From Alphaproteobacteria bacterium (GTDB lineage Bacteria > Pseudomonadota > Alphaproteobacteria > Bin95), in contig OZ224045.1 in the NCBI GenBank assembly GCA_963665325.3, forward strand, positions 2,048,001-2,112,000: 64,000 nucleotides of DNA, given 5' to 3'. Position 1 is the first letter of the stretch. Every line of letters starts with the position of its first letter. The translations under genes and the position numbers were made by a program. Shown here one piece after another: positions 7,891 through 16,708 of this stretch. The notes below the pieces were generated by a model. That model was not told the origin of the DNA and searched no databases. It saw nothing but the letters and a program-made list of their open reading frames with translations.

Positions 7891-9362
7891 GGCGCATCTC
7901 CCCGATCTTCGTCCTCGCCCGGACCGGGCGTCTTGTCATGGGGCAGCCAGGCCGGCGGCAGGCCGGTTGCGGCCTGGGCGTCGAGCATGCCCTTGAGCAG
8001 CGGCGGAAGTTCCCCCGTCCCCGCGCCGCCATTGCCATCGTTGCCGCCGGGGCCGGCGGGACGGCGCACGCCATCGGCGTTGCCGCGCTTGTCGAGGGGG
8101 TACAGCGTGCACAGGCGCTCGCCGCCTCGACCGTCGATCAGATCGACGCTGGCGAGGTTCCAGCGCGCGTAACGGATCCAGGCCTCGCGCAGGTGGCGCC
8201 ACGGCTGTGGCACCTGGTAGCGGATGCCCTCGACCGAGACGGTGCCGTCCGAGCGCCTGAGCGTGCGCTTCCTGGTGATGCGGAAGGCCGCCTTGAGCTC
8301 GGCCGAGCCGGGGCAGGATCTCGACGCGTCGACGCTCCCGGCCAGGCGTTGATGCGGCGTCATGCCGAGCTCGCGGTGCTTGCGGCGGTGATAGTCCTGC
8401 TCCAGCCAGGCGATGGTGGCGTCGTTGAGCATCTTCAAGGTAAGCGCGTCGACGCCTTCGAGCTGAGCCATCAGGCGCGATTCGACCGTGCCCCAGAACG
8501 ACTCGATCTTGCCGTTCTGATGGGGGCTGTAAGCGAGCGTCGTGACCCCCGCGATGCCGAGCCGGTGCAACCCCTCCTCGACCTCGCCCGCGGTCATCGC
8601 CGCGCCGTTGTCGGTCAGCAGGGACCTCGGCAGACCGCGCTTCATGAAGGCCTGGCAAAGGCCGTGGACGAACACCTCGGCGGTCTCGGCGAGGTACCAC
8701 TGAAGGTGGCAGCCGAGGCGCGAGTGGTCGTCGAGGAAGCCGAGCAGGATCGGCGTCTTCCACTCGCCCGAGGCGGTCAGCACGCGACGCTTGGCGCTGT
8801 GCATGTCGGCGTGCCACAGGGCGTGAGAGCGCGAGACCTCGTAGCTCAATACCTCGCGGGCTTCGACCGCCGGCCTGGCCTCGCTCTCATGCCACTTGCG
8901 CCGGCGCTTGCGTACCAGCCCGCGAGCCCGCATCGCCCGGGTCAGCGTCGCGTAGGACGGTATCGGGCCGAGCTCGGGATCGGCCTCGACCCGCGCGGCC
9001 AGATTCTCGTGATGAAGCTGCGCCGACCACGACGGATGCGCCCGGTACTGCTCGTGCAGCGCCTCGATCAGCGTCGGCGACATCGCGCGCGGGCGCCCGG
9101 CATCGGCGCGCGGGCGCCGCTTGAGCGCCCCCACCGGATCGTTGTCCGCCGCCCGCGCCTGGTAGTACCAGCGCTCGATCGTGGACACCGCGAAGCGCAC
9201 CCGGCCCTTGCCGGACGGGTGATCCCACTCGCGTTCGGCAAGCCGCTCAAGCTCGGCGTGCAGCCGCCCCGCCGGCGGCGGCGAGGCCAGAAGCGGCCCG
9301 ACCACCGCGAAGCGCAACCGCGCCCACCGGTCGCGACGCTCGCTCCCGTCGTTGCTGTTCAT
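7887..9362 (-). CDS. DDE (rve-type, IS481/TnsB/Mu-like) transposase (transposon orf2)
   Basis: HTH STIERWYY; catalytic LWHAD / LLTDNGA / NGKIESFW; C-terminal DGTVSVEGIRYQVP. Confidence 0.93.
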   Translation of the reverse strand: MNSNDGSERRDRWARLRFAVVGPLLASPPPAGRLHAELERLAEREWDHPSGKGRVRFAVSTIERWYYQARAADNDPVGALKRRPRADAGRPRAMSPTLIEALHEQYRAHPSWSAQLHHENLAARVEADPELGPIPSYATLTRAMRARGLVRKRRRKWHESEARPAVEAREVLSYEVSRSHALWHADMHSAKRRVLTASGEWKTPILLGFLDDHSRLGCHLQWYLAETAEVFVHGLCQAFMKRGLPRSLLTDNGAAMTAGEVEEGLHRLGIAGVTTLAYSPHQNGKIESFWGTVESRLMAQLEGVDALTLKMLNDATIAWLEQDYHRRKHRELGMTPHQRLAGSVDASRSCPGSAELKAAFRITRKRTLRRSDGTVSVEGIRYQVPQPWRHLREAWIRYARWNLASVDLIDGRGGERLCTLYPLDKRGNADGVRRPAGPGGNDGNGGAGTGELPPLLKGMLDAQAATGLPPAWLPHDKTPGPGEDEDRGDAP

Positions 9363-9410
9363 TCCGGCATCCCCCTCGCTGCTTCGTGGAGGTGCCGATG
9401 ATGCGGTGCC

Positions 9411-10025
9411 CTATCCGTGCATCATAGAAACGCTTTCTGCGGGCGAAGCCGGACCTGCGCCGAGCGCGCAAAAGCCGGTCCACGGCATCAGCCAGACCAG
9501 GCTCCGCAGCAGCCGCGAGCGGAAGCCACGGCCCCGCATGATGCGCAGCAGCCGGCGCAGCGGCGCCTCTTCGGGCGGCGCCGCCAGCTCGCCCCGTCTC
9601 GCCTGCCACTCCCGGGTCAGCGGGAAGGCTTCCAGCCACCAGCGCCGCCAGCGCTTCAGCGTCGAGGCCGGAACCCCGCACCGCCGCGCGATCGTCTGCA
9701 ACCGCGCGCCGCCGGCCACAGCCAGCGCACTCACCACAAGGAACAGCGCCCCGACGTAAAAGCGCCTGCCGAAGAAACGCACCGACGGCGGCTTCACGCG
9801 GCGTCGGCACACCGAACAGCACAGGCTGAAGCGCCGAACGTCGTTCCGAAGATTCGCCGCCAGACCGTGCGGCTTGCGCGGGTAGCTCGCGCTGTGAAGC
9901 GCGCCGCCGCAGCGCGGGCAACCCGCCGCCCGGCACGCCTCCGCCTCGGCCGCGTCGACCTGCTTCAGAAAATCCCAAACCCGGGCGTTGGAGAGATTGG
10001 AGTGCCGGAACAGCTTGTGCGACAT
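9411..10025 (-). CDS. Zn-finger + HTH protein (transposon orf1, DUF6431-like)
   Basis: CPRCGG...CCSVC Cys cluster, PPSVRFFGRRFY, HTH LQTIARRCGVPASTLKRWRRWW. Confidence 0.8.
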   Translation of the reverse strand: MSHKLFRHSNLSNARVWDFLKQVDAAEAEACRAAGCPRCGGALHSASYPRKPHGLAANLRNDVRRFSLCCSVCRRRVKPPSVRFFGRRFYVGALFLVVSALAVAGGARLQTIARRCGVPASTLKRWRRWWLEAFPLTREWQARRGELAAPPEEAPLRRLLRIMRGRGFRSRLLRSLVWLMPWTGFCALGAGPASPAESVSMMHG

Positions 10026-10172
10026 TGGGGCCGTCTCAGGTTGATGTCACTGTCACCGAGACAAGCCCTCCGGCGGCCTTCTTGCAAGATCGCCGGGGGG
10101 CACCCAATCCAAAACCTCGATTAATCCGAGCCGATCAGCCCCTGATCGCCGCTGAAAGCCTGCGCCCGCTCA

Positions 10173-10470
10173 CGAGGTAGATGGCGAGCCCGATCGAGAC
10201 GATGAGGATGCAAAGCCGGACGTAGAAGCGCGTGATGAGGGCAATCGCGTCGAGCATGCGGCAAGGCACGTTGGTGAGGAGGTTGCGGAGGCGCGCGAAG
10301 CGCCGGCGGGGGATACGAGAGTAGCTGGGGGAGGAGGAGTGTCGGCGATCGAGACAGGGAGTAGAGGAGTCCGGCGAGGCGGTGGCGTGGCGCAGGACGG
10401 CGTCGAAATCGCACGGCGGAATGGCGGGAACTGACGGTTTCTGGTCCGGGACGGGGATGAGTGCGCGCAT
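10173..10470 (-). pseudogene. 5' fragment of the small membrane-protein gene interrupted by transposon copy 1
   Basis: GGAGG RBS; frame continues across the TSD into 5788-5662. Confidence 0.5.
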
Positions 10471-10539
10471 GGCTGCCTCCGGGTTGCGGTTCGGAAGCGG
10501 GACGCTTTTCTGGACTCGGTGAGGTTGGGGAGTTGGAGC

Positions 10540-10572
10540 AAAAAAAGGGCCGCCGCTGTGAAGCGACGGCCC
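10540..10572 (-). terminator. Rho-independent terminator after ssb copy 2
   Basis: GGGCCGCCGC/GCGACGGCCC stem plus A7; paralogous to 5065-5097. Confidence 0.7.
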
Positions 10573-10603
10573 GTGTTGGGAGGATTGGAGAGGGTGGTCG
10601 CGG

Positions 10604-11050
10604 TCAGGCGGCCATGGGGTAGGATTCGTCGAGCGACGGGAGATCGTCGGAGGTCGGTGTCGGCGTGGGGTCGGCCGGGGCGCCTGCGACGGCGCCGGCG
10701 GGCTTGTCGAGGAAGGACACCTGGCTGCCCGGGATGACCATGATCTCGGTGGAGAAGCGGTCGGTCTCCTCGCCCTCCTTGCGCCAGCGGCGGGTCTGCA
10801 GCTTGCCCTCGACGAAGACGAGCCGGCCCTTGCGCCCGTGCTTCTCGAACATGGCGACGAGGCCCTGCTGGAAGGTGACGACCTGGTGCCACTCCTGGGC
10901 GTCGACGCGCTCGCCCGACTGCTTCGAGACGTAGCTCTCGTCGGTGGCGACGCGCAGCTTGGCGATCTTGGTGCCGTTGGAGAGGGTAACGATTTCGGCG
11001 TCAGCGCCGAGGCGCCCGATGAGTTCGACGCGGTTCAATCCGAAAGCCAT
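10604..11050 (-). CDS. ssb: Single-stranded DNA-binding protein (copy 2)
   Basis: Near-identical OB fold to copy 1; different tail (...DESYPMAA). Confidence 0.95.
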   Translation of the reverse strand: MAFGLNRVELIGRLGADAEIVTLSNGTKIAKLRVATDESYVSKQSGERVDAQEWHQVVTFQQGLVAMFEKHGRKGRLVFVEGKLQTRRWRKEGEETDRFSTEIMVIPGSQVSFLDKPAGAVAGAPADPTPTPTSDDLPSLDESYPMAA

Positions 11051-11141
11051 GATGGCCTCCTCTGTTTGACGATGGCTGAAAGTGAACCGAGCGACCGGAC
11101 CCTCCGGCCCGGTCATCGTTCGGTTCGAAATAGCGCAAGCT

Positions 11142-11312
11142 TCACTCAAACTCTGGGCGGATGTTGTCGGCGGGGCCGATCCAGAGCGGAGGAAGGACGT
11201 CGCGGATCTCGCGAGAGGACATGCCGATCTCTGCGAGGAGCTCCGGAGCGTTGAGGGGTTCGCGATCCGACGACGCGGAGGCGCGGTCGACGTCGATGGT
11301 GTCGATATACAT
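11142..11312 (-). CDS. Small hypothetical protein
   Basis: MYIDTIDVD... 56 aa; upstream GGAAAGCC motif. Confidence 0.4.
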   Translation of the reverse strand: MYIDTIDVDRASASSDREPLNAPELLAEIGMSSREIRDVLPPLWIGPADNIRPEFE

Positions 11313-11539
11313 GGCAGCCCTTTCTTCTGCTGGCCCGGTATTCCAGGCGGTTGCAGAAGCGGGGCTTTCCTCAAACTTGTTCGCGGGCGAGCGGATGTGG
11401 GGGGCGGAAACGGGTGGGGAAACAGAAAGAGCGAGACGCGGTTGAAGGGCAGTTTCGGGCGAGATTGTACGACCCGCCAGTTCCACCTTCAGGTGCAAGA
11501 ACGACTCTGGGAAGCGAGGTGACAGCGAAGTGCGGGGCG

Positions 11540-11995
11540 TTATTGGGGGGCTGGACCGTATACGAGGATATCGACGTGGTCGATCGGGGAAAGATGGCGG
11601 AGGATCAGTTGGCGGACGTCGCGCCAGGGCAGTCCGCCGAGGCCGCAGCCGAGCGGGGGGATCGCAATGGAACGGATGGTGTTGGCAGCGATGGTGCCGG
11701 CGAGGGCGTCGAGGCCCTGGGCGACGTCGTCGAGGTTGCTGGCGTCGCGCCAGTGGCGTTTCGTCGGGAAGTTGACGATGAGGCGGGGAGCCCCGGCGCC
11801 GGCGTCGAAGACGTGGAGGCGGCCGGGCGTGAGATCGCGGCGGCGGCATGCGGCGGCGTAGGACGCGAAGTTGGCGGGGAAGCGGCGCTTGAACTGGAGC
11901 GCCAGGCCCTTGCCCATGACGCCGACGCAGTTGACGGGATTGACGAGGGCCTCGCAGCCGGAATCGAAGATGTTGCCCTGGACGAAACGGATCAT
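11540..11995 (-). CDS. Stand-alone macrodomain protein (DarG/Poa1p-like ADP-ribosylhydrolase)
   Basis: GNIF...ALVNPVNCVGVMGKGLALQFK...IVNFPTKRHWR...SIAIPPLGCGLGGLPW; AGGAG RBS. Confidence 0.92.
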   Translation of the reverse strand: MIRFVQGNIFDSGCEALVNPVNCVGVMGKGLALQFKRRFPANFASYAAACRRRDLTPGRLHVFDAGAGAPRLIVNFPTKRHWRDASNLDDVAQGLDALAGTIAANTIRSIAIPPLGCGLGGLPWRDVRQLILRHLSPIDHVDILVYGPAPQ

Positions 11996-12115
11996 GGCGA
12001 TGCTCCTGGAAGGGGACGATCGCAGAGAGTCGGGCTTTGCTTCGCCTTTGGGCGCTGGCAACAAGAAAGAGGCCGGCGCTCCGGAGAACGCCGGCCGGTA
12101 TCGGGATTGGGCGTG

Positions 12116-12562
12116 TCAGCCCTGGAGGTTCTCGTCGTTGATCAGCTCTCCGGAGGGCGGGTTGTCCGGCGGCGGAGGCGCGGCCGGGTCGGCGCCCTGG
12201 GGTGCGGTGTCGTCGCGGCGGTCCAGGAAGAGCAGTTCGCCGCCGGGCGGTATAACGATCTCGGTGGTGTAGTGGTCCCTGCCGTCGCGGTCCGACCATT
12301 TGCGCGTCTGGAGACGTCCGGAGACGAAGACGCGGCGGCCCTTCTTGCCGTGTTGGGACAGGAGGTCGACGAAGAACGGGTGGTAGGTGGCGATGCGATG
12401 CCATTCTGTCCGTTCGGTGTAGTCGCCCGTCGAGCGGTCCTTGAAGCGCTCCGAGGTTGCAATTGAGATGGTCGCGACGCGGCCGGAATCCTGAAACGTA
12501 CGGACTTCGGGATCGCGTCCGAGGTTTCCGATGACCTCGGCGCGATTGAGCGATTGTGCCAT
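12116..12562 (-). CDS. ssb: Single-stranded DNA-binding protein (copy 3, divergent)
   Basis: LNRAEVIGNLGRDPEVR...TEWHRI...KGRRVFVSGRLQTRKW. Confidence 0.95.
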   Translation of the reverse strand: MAQSLNRAEVIGNLGRDPEVRTFQDSGRVATISIATSERFKDRSTGDYTERTEWHRIATYHPFFVDLLSQHGKKGRRVFVSGRLQTRKWSDRDGRDHYTTEIVIPPGGELLFLDRRDDTAPQGADPAAPPPPDNPPSGELINDENLQG

Positions 12563-12702
12563 GGATGTGTGAACTCCCTGGTGCACTGGTTGTCGGGCCG
12601 CAGGGAGATTCTGGCCTGCGGGGAGTCCGCAATCAATGGGAAAAGGAGTTGTGGCGCCGGCCGAATCGATAGCGGGATCACCTGCAGGTGCAGGGGAGAG
12701 CG

Positions 12703-12975
12703 TTAGTGGATGTGGCTGGGGTCGAGGTCCTGGAGGGCGTCTGTCGCGCGGGACCTGTCGGCTATGCGCTGAGCGTTGGCGCGACTCTGGCCGAGAGGGC
12801 CGTTGAAGCGGTCGCAAAGCTCCAGGGCTTCGTTCATGTTGGTGGCGTGCAGCTCTGTCGGGACGTAGCCGGGGATGCCTTCGATCGTGATGACGATCTG
12901 GATAAGGCCTGGGGTATCGGTGGGCTCGGGGACGAAGGCGTAGGTGATTTCAGTTGGAAGTCCGTGGAAGGGCAT
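12703..12975 (-). CDS. Hypothetical protein, paralogue of 38252-38506
   Basis: Shared TYAF.P...I.IV...G.PGY..T.L...A..LCD..N..LG.SR pattern. Confidence 0.65.
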   Translation of the reverse strand: MPFHGLPTEITYAFVPEPTDTPGLIQIVITIEGIPGYVPTELHATNMNEALELCDRFNGPLGQSRANAQRIADRSRATDALQDLDPSHIH

Positions 12976-13051
12976 CGCTGTCTCCCTTGGGGATGAGCCG
13001 GAATATATCGCCGGGATGGATTGCGAGGAATTCCCGGGGAAAGCCGGCTGG

Positions 13052-13474
13052 TCAGCGAGTGCTCTGGTGGGCGGCGTCGTGGAGTTCGGCGTAGTCGATC
13101 GGCTCCACGGCGTCGCCAGTGTGGCGTCGGATCGAGATGCGCGTTCGGGGATCTTCGCCCCGGTGGTGTTCGTGGGCCATTGCGTGTTCCTCAAGGGCGG
13201 CAACGGGGTCGGGGCTGCGGTGATAGACGGTCTCGCCGTTGACGATGATTTCGTAGTCGACGGGGCCGGTTGGCGTGCCTGCTTGCAGGGAACTGGAGAG
13301 GGGTCTTTCGAGGAGGGAGGTTTCGCCGTCGCAGTTTCGGCAGTAGGCCTGCTGCAGTGTGGCGGCGAGTTCCCAGGATTGGGTTTCGGTCGACCAGGCG
13401 GCCCAGGCGTCGAGTTGGACGTCATCGGACGCGCATGTTGCGCAGACGAAAGTCTTGGGGGCTTCGGTCTGCAT
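13052..13474 (-). CDS. Hypothetical protein with N-terminal Zn ribbon
   Basis: CATC...AWAAW...YCRNC. Confidence 0.65.
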   Translation of the reverse strand: MQTEAPKTFVCATCASDDVQLDAWAAWSTETQSWELAATLQQAYCRNCDGETSLLERPLSSSLQAGTPTGPVDYEIIVNGETVYHRSPDPVAALEEHAMAHEHHRGEDPRTRISIRRHTGDAVEPIDYAELHDAAHQSTR

Positions 13475-13475
13475 G

Positions 13476-13811
13476 TCAGGGGCTCCTGTTCATTGCGATT
13501 TTCGCGAACGAGCCTTTGCACCAGGACATAGTGGATTTGATAAAGGGATCGAGCTTGTGCGCGGGACAGGCGTGCAGGACCTCGTCGCGAAAGCGCCTGA
13601 GGGGGAAGGCGGCTTCGCAGTCTTCCTCGTACCAGCCGTCGGTGGAGCGTTCGTCGGGGGGCATTTGGGCGAGACGGTCGGTTGAGAGCCATATCCCGCC
13701 ATGGGAGGGGGTGTGGACGGATACGATTCCCTCGGCGAAGGGTATGGCGGCATCGACCGTTCCCCAGGGGGAATAGTGGCCGGGCTCCGGGGGATGGAGG
13801 TTGCGGGGCAT
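13476..13811 (-). CDS. DUF7007-like protein
   Basis: SPWG...GIVSVHTPSHGGIWLS...WYEEDCE motif. Confidence 0.75.
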   Translation of the reverse strand: MPRNLHPPEPGHYSPWGTVDAAIPFAEGIVSVHTPSHGGIWLSTDRLAQMPPDERSTDGWYEEDCEAAFPLRRFRDEVLHACPAHKLDPFIKSTMSWCKGSFAKIAMNRSP

Positions 13812-13860
13812 GGGCGGCTCCGGTGTCTGGAGAGATCGGTGGGCAAGGGGGCCGGTGGGG

Positions 13861-15177
13861 TCAGGCAACACGCATGTCGATGCGCTCGCCCCAGGGCTCG
13901 GTGTAGTACTCGTCCGGGATCGGGCCGAAATTCACCCAGATAACCGGGAAGAGCGGCTCTGCCTCTGGATAGCTGTCGCACAGCATGTCGGTGAGATAGA
14001 TGCAGCAGCCGGGATGGCGGCCATGCTGTTCCAGCCATTCGAAGCCCGGGCGGAAGTCGGTGCCGCCGCGTCCCTTCAGGGAGATGGCATCGGGAAGGTC
14101 GGAGGCGGCGTATTCGCAGGCGTCCTGAAGAACGGAGTCGACCTGGAGGAGAATGAGGGTCTCCGGGCGGACATCGGTCGCGATCTCGCGGATCTCGGCC
14201 CAGAATTCGTCGAGGACGCGAGACGGCAGCGAGGCCGAGGTGTCGATGAGGATGGCGATCTCGTTGATGCCCTCGGAGCGGATGGAGGGCAGGTAGAGGC
14301 CGCTGTCGATATAGCGGCGGTTGGGGGCGCTCCAGGAATAGTCGGCGCTGGCGGCGTCGGTGAGGTAGCGTCGCAGGAGCGAGCGCCAGTCGAGGACGCT
14401 CCTGTGGGCGTTGTCGACGGTGTCCTGGACGGCGCCGGGAAGGTTGCCCTGGACGCGCGCAAGCTGGGCGGCCTGGTGCATGGCCTCGTCCCAGGTCTGC
14501 TCCTCGATCGCGCGATCGACAGGCTGGGTCGCGCCGGCGCGCTCGTCGGCGTCGAGGACCTCGCCGGTTCCGGAGGGATCGAAGCTGGTCCCGGAAGAAT
14601 GGGAGGTGCCGTCGCTGGCGCCGGCGTTGCTGGAAGTGTCTTCGGGGCCGGGATTGGGGGAGCCGTCGTCGGTCCCGGAGTCCTGACCGGGTGGTGAGGG
14701 CGAGTTGCCGGTGGCGTCGGCCGGAGGCTGGTCGCTGTCGGGATCGGCAGTGGGATCGGGGTTTCCCGGGTCGTTTTCGATAAGGCGGTTGTAGGCCTCT
14801 TCGACGCTGCAGTCGGGCCAGCAGTCGGCGCCCTCGGGAAGGGTGAAGCCGGCATCCTGAAGGAGGGGATGGGTGACGAGTTGCGAGGCGAGCTGCCAGA
14901 CCTGCGGGTCCCGGTCTCGCCGGCGGGTGTGGTGTTTCAGCGCGCAGGCGGTGACGATGCGGGCCAGAGCGGTCTTCAGGAGGTCGGCTTCGGTATCGGT
15001 CACCCATTCGGGTGAGAAGCGGATCTCCTTGCCGTCGCTGGCGATCGTCTGGCGGGTGCGGTCCGGGCGTAAGGGCAGCCGCAGGGTGAGGTTGCCGAAG
15101 AAGGGCTGGTCCTGGAGCAGGGCCGTGACGCACTTGCTGAGGCGCGTCGCGGCGTCGTTGAGGGCGCGGGAGGTCAT
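13861..15177 (-). CDS. DUF2201-like metallopeptidase-fold / VWA domain protein
   Basis: QPFFGNL...IASDGKEIRF N-terminus; MIDAS IDTSAS; GRGGTDFRPGF; IYLTD. Confidence 0.88.
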   Translation of the reverse strand: MTSRALNDAATRLSKCVTALLQDQPFFGNLTLRLPLRPDRTRQTIASDGKEIRFSPEWVTDTEADLLKTALARIVTACALKHHTRRRDRDPQVWQLASQLVTHPLLQDAGFTLPEGADCWPDCSVEEAYNRLIENDPGNPDPTADPDSDQPPADATGNSPSPPGQDSGTDDGSPNPGPEDTSSNAGASDGTSHSSGTSFDPSGTGEVLDADERAGATQPVDRAIEEQTWDEAMHQAAQLARVQGNLPGAVQDTVDNAHRSVLDWRSLLRRYLTDAASADYSWSAPNRRYIDSGLYLPSIRSEGINEIAILIDTSASLPSRVLDEFWAEIREIATDVRPETLILLQVDSVLQDACEYAASDLPDAISLKGRGGTDFRPGFEWLEQHGRHPGCCIYLTDMLCDSYPEAEPLFPVIWVNFGPIPDEYYTEPWGERIDMRVA

Positions 15178-16076
15178 CAGGCGGCTTCCTTGAGGGCCGC
15201 GCCGGGCGGGGCGAAGTAGCCGGCGAACCTGGCGGCTAGGTCCTCGGCGTCGCGTTTGACGCGCTGGCGCGTGGCCGGGTTGAACGAGGACGATGGCCTG
15301 AGCTCGTCGGGATCGACGCTGGCGATGCGGTCCTTGACCTGCTGGCAGAGCTGGGCGAGGCGTTCGTCGCCGAAGATGTTCAGGCGGGGCACGATGTCGA
15401 CCAGGTCGCGGATGTTGCCGATCAGGCTGTTCCTGAAGACCAGCGGCTTGCCCTCGGCGTCGACGTCGAGGCGCTGGACGACGTGGTCGACGGCTTCTCC
15501 AAGCCGTTTGTACAGGTCGGTTATCGCGTCTTCGAGGCGTTCCTGGACGAGGTTCTCGATGTCGCGCTTGACGCGGTCCGCATCGCCGGCGGCGAGGTCC
15601 GCGATGAAATGTTCGGCGTCCGGGACCGGCACGATACGGTAGCGGATGGCGAAGCGCTGCCTGAGCGAGTCCTGGCTCGGATAGTCTTCGATACGGAAAA
15701 GGCCGCCCAGGCCGATGCGCGCCTGGTCGATATTGGCTCCGTATTCGGCGATGAAGACATTGCGTTCGCGGACGAGCTGCTCGGAAAATTCGTCGATGGT
15801 GGCGGTGTAGTGGTCGTAATTCGCGACCGTGAGGAGGCGGGCGCCGGTGTCGTCCCAGGGCAGGGAGTTCTCGTAATGGAGGGAGCGGGCCTTGCTCATC
15901 GTCTTTGTCATGTCGGCGAAGGCGGTTTTCGGCAGGAGGCGCTTGTTGAAGCGGCCGGCGCTCGGGTCGGCGTCGTTGCGCTCGGTTACGTCGTTGCTGG
16001 CTTCGCGGTCGTAGCGGCGCCCGGACCAGTTGTTGATGCGCAGGCTGACGAGCATGGCGTCCCGGGTGAGGTCCAT
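15177..16076 (-). CDS. DUF3150-like protein associated with MoxR/VWA modules
   Basis: MLVSLRINNWSGRRYD...LPWDDTGARLL...YPS; coupled to the VWA gene. Confidence 0.7.
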   Translation of the reverse strand: MDLTRDAMLVSLRINNWSGRRYDREASNDVTERNDADPSAGRFNKRLLPKTAFADMTKTMSKARSLHYENSLPWDDTGARLLTVANYDHYTATIDEFSEQLVRERNVFIAEYGANIDQARIGLGGLFRIEDYPSQDSLRQRFAIRYRIVPVPDAEHFIADLAAGDADRVKRDIENLVQERLEDAITDLYKRLGEAVDHVVQRLDVDAEGKPLVFRNSLIGNIRDLVDIVPRLNIFGDERLAQLCQQVKDRIASVDPDELRPSSSFNPATRQRVKRDAEDLAARFAGYFAPPGAALKEAA

Positions 16077-16201
16077 GGGAGGTCTCCGATGATGTCGGGG
16101 ATGGGGAAATGCGAAGACGGGCCGCTGCCTGTGCAGGGCCCGTGATCGACGGTAACGGCAATGTCGGTGCTGTGGCCGGCTGCGGCGCCGGCGGGCTGCG
16201 G

Positions 16202-16519
16202 CTAGCCGGCCGGGACGGCTCCCGGAGCGGTATTCCGGATGAGGGCGTCGAGGGCCTTCATGGCTTCCTTGTGCCGTTTTGCTTCGGCATCCATGGCTTC
16301 GCGATGCCTGTTGGCCTCGGTATCTATGGCTTCCCGGTGTTGTTCGGTCCGGGCCTTGTTTCCCTGGCTCATCTTCCAGATGCCATAGAAGACGACGGCG
16401 ATCTGGCCGAGACCGATCATGAGCCCGACGGCCACGAGCGCCATGGTGGCGAGTGCGGTGGCCGCGGCGGGGTGGGCCATTGTCCAGGAGACGAGGTCGT
16501 GCTGTTCCATGACGAGCAT
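16202..16519 (-). CDS. TM-anchored small coiled-coil protein (paralogue of 20645-20977)
   Basis: Hydrophobic N-half; 11-aa repeats HREAIDTEANR/HREAMDAEAKR/HKEAM. Confidence 0.65.
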   Translation of the reverse strand: MLVMEQHDLVSWTMAHPAAATALATMALVAVGLMIGLGQIAVVFYGIWKMSQGNKARTEQHREAIDTEANRHREAMDAEAKRHKEAMKALDALIRNTAPGAVPAG

Positions 16520-16708
16520 TGGTTTATTCCTCTTTAGGTGCGGATTCAAGGAATGTGCCGGCAATCCGGGTTCCGGGGGTTCATCAGGACCTGGCTGTTC
16601 TTCCCTTCAGAAGAAGGGTCTGTCGAGGCCGGGAGCGATGTCGGCCTGCTCTCTCCAGGCGAGGCGGGGGACGGCCGCATTTCGTCCCTTGCGGAGGTGG
16701 GAGAACCG

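Larger units (their letters stand above)
5789..10172 (-). mobile_element. 4,384-bp four-gene DDE transposon, copy 1 (TGAG...CTCA ends, 5-bp TSD CGAGG)
   Basis: Same sequence at 27952-32335 and 49507-53890; CGAGG at 5784-5788 and 10173-10177; weak terminal IR (TGAGtGtGCtC vs TGAGcGgGCgC). Confidence 0.95.

Noticed and set aside
7061-8074. 670-aa ORF as one long protein
   Set aside because: The N-terminal half overlaps the ATPase and transposase in another frame and is Arg/Pro-rich noise; the real start is the GTG at 7060.
9411-10025. Calling orf1 TniQ/TnsD and the element a Tn7/CAST
   Set aside because: It has a Zn finger but no recognisable TniQ signature; there is no TnsA, Cas gene, CRISPR array or fixed att site.
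5133-11050. ssb duplication caused by transposon copy 1
   Set aside because: The element's duplication is only 5 bp and the ssb copies have diverged, so the duplication is older than the insertion.
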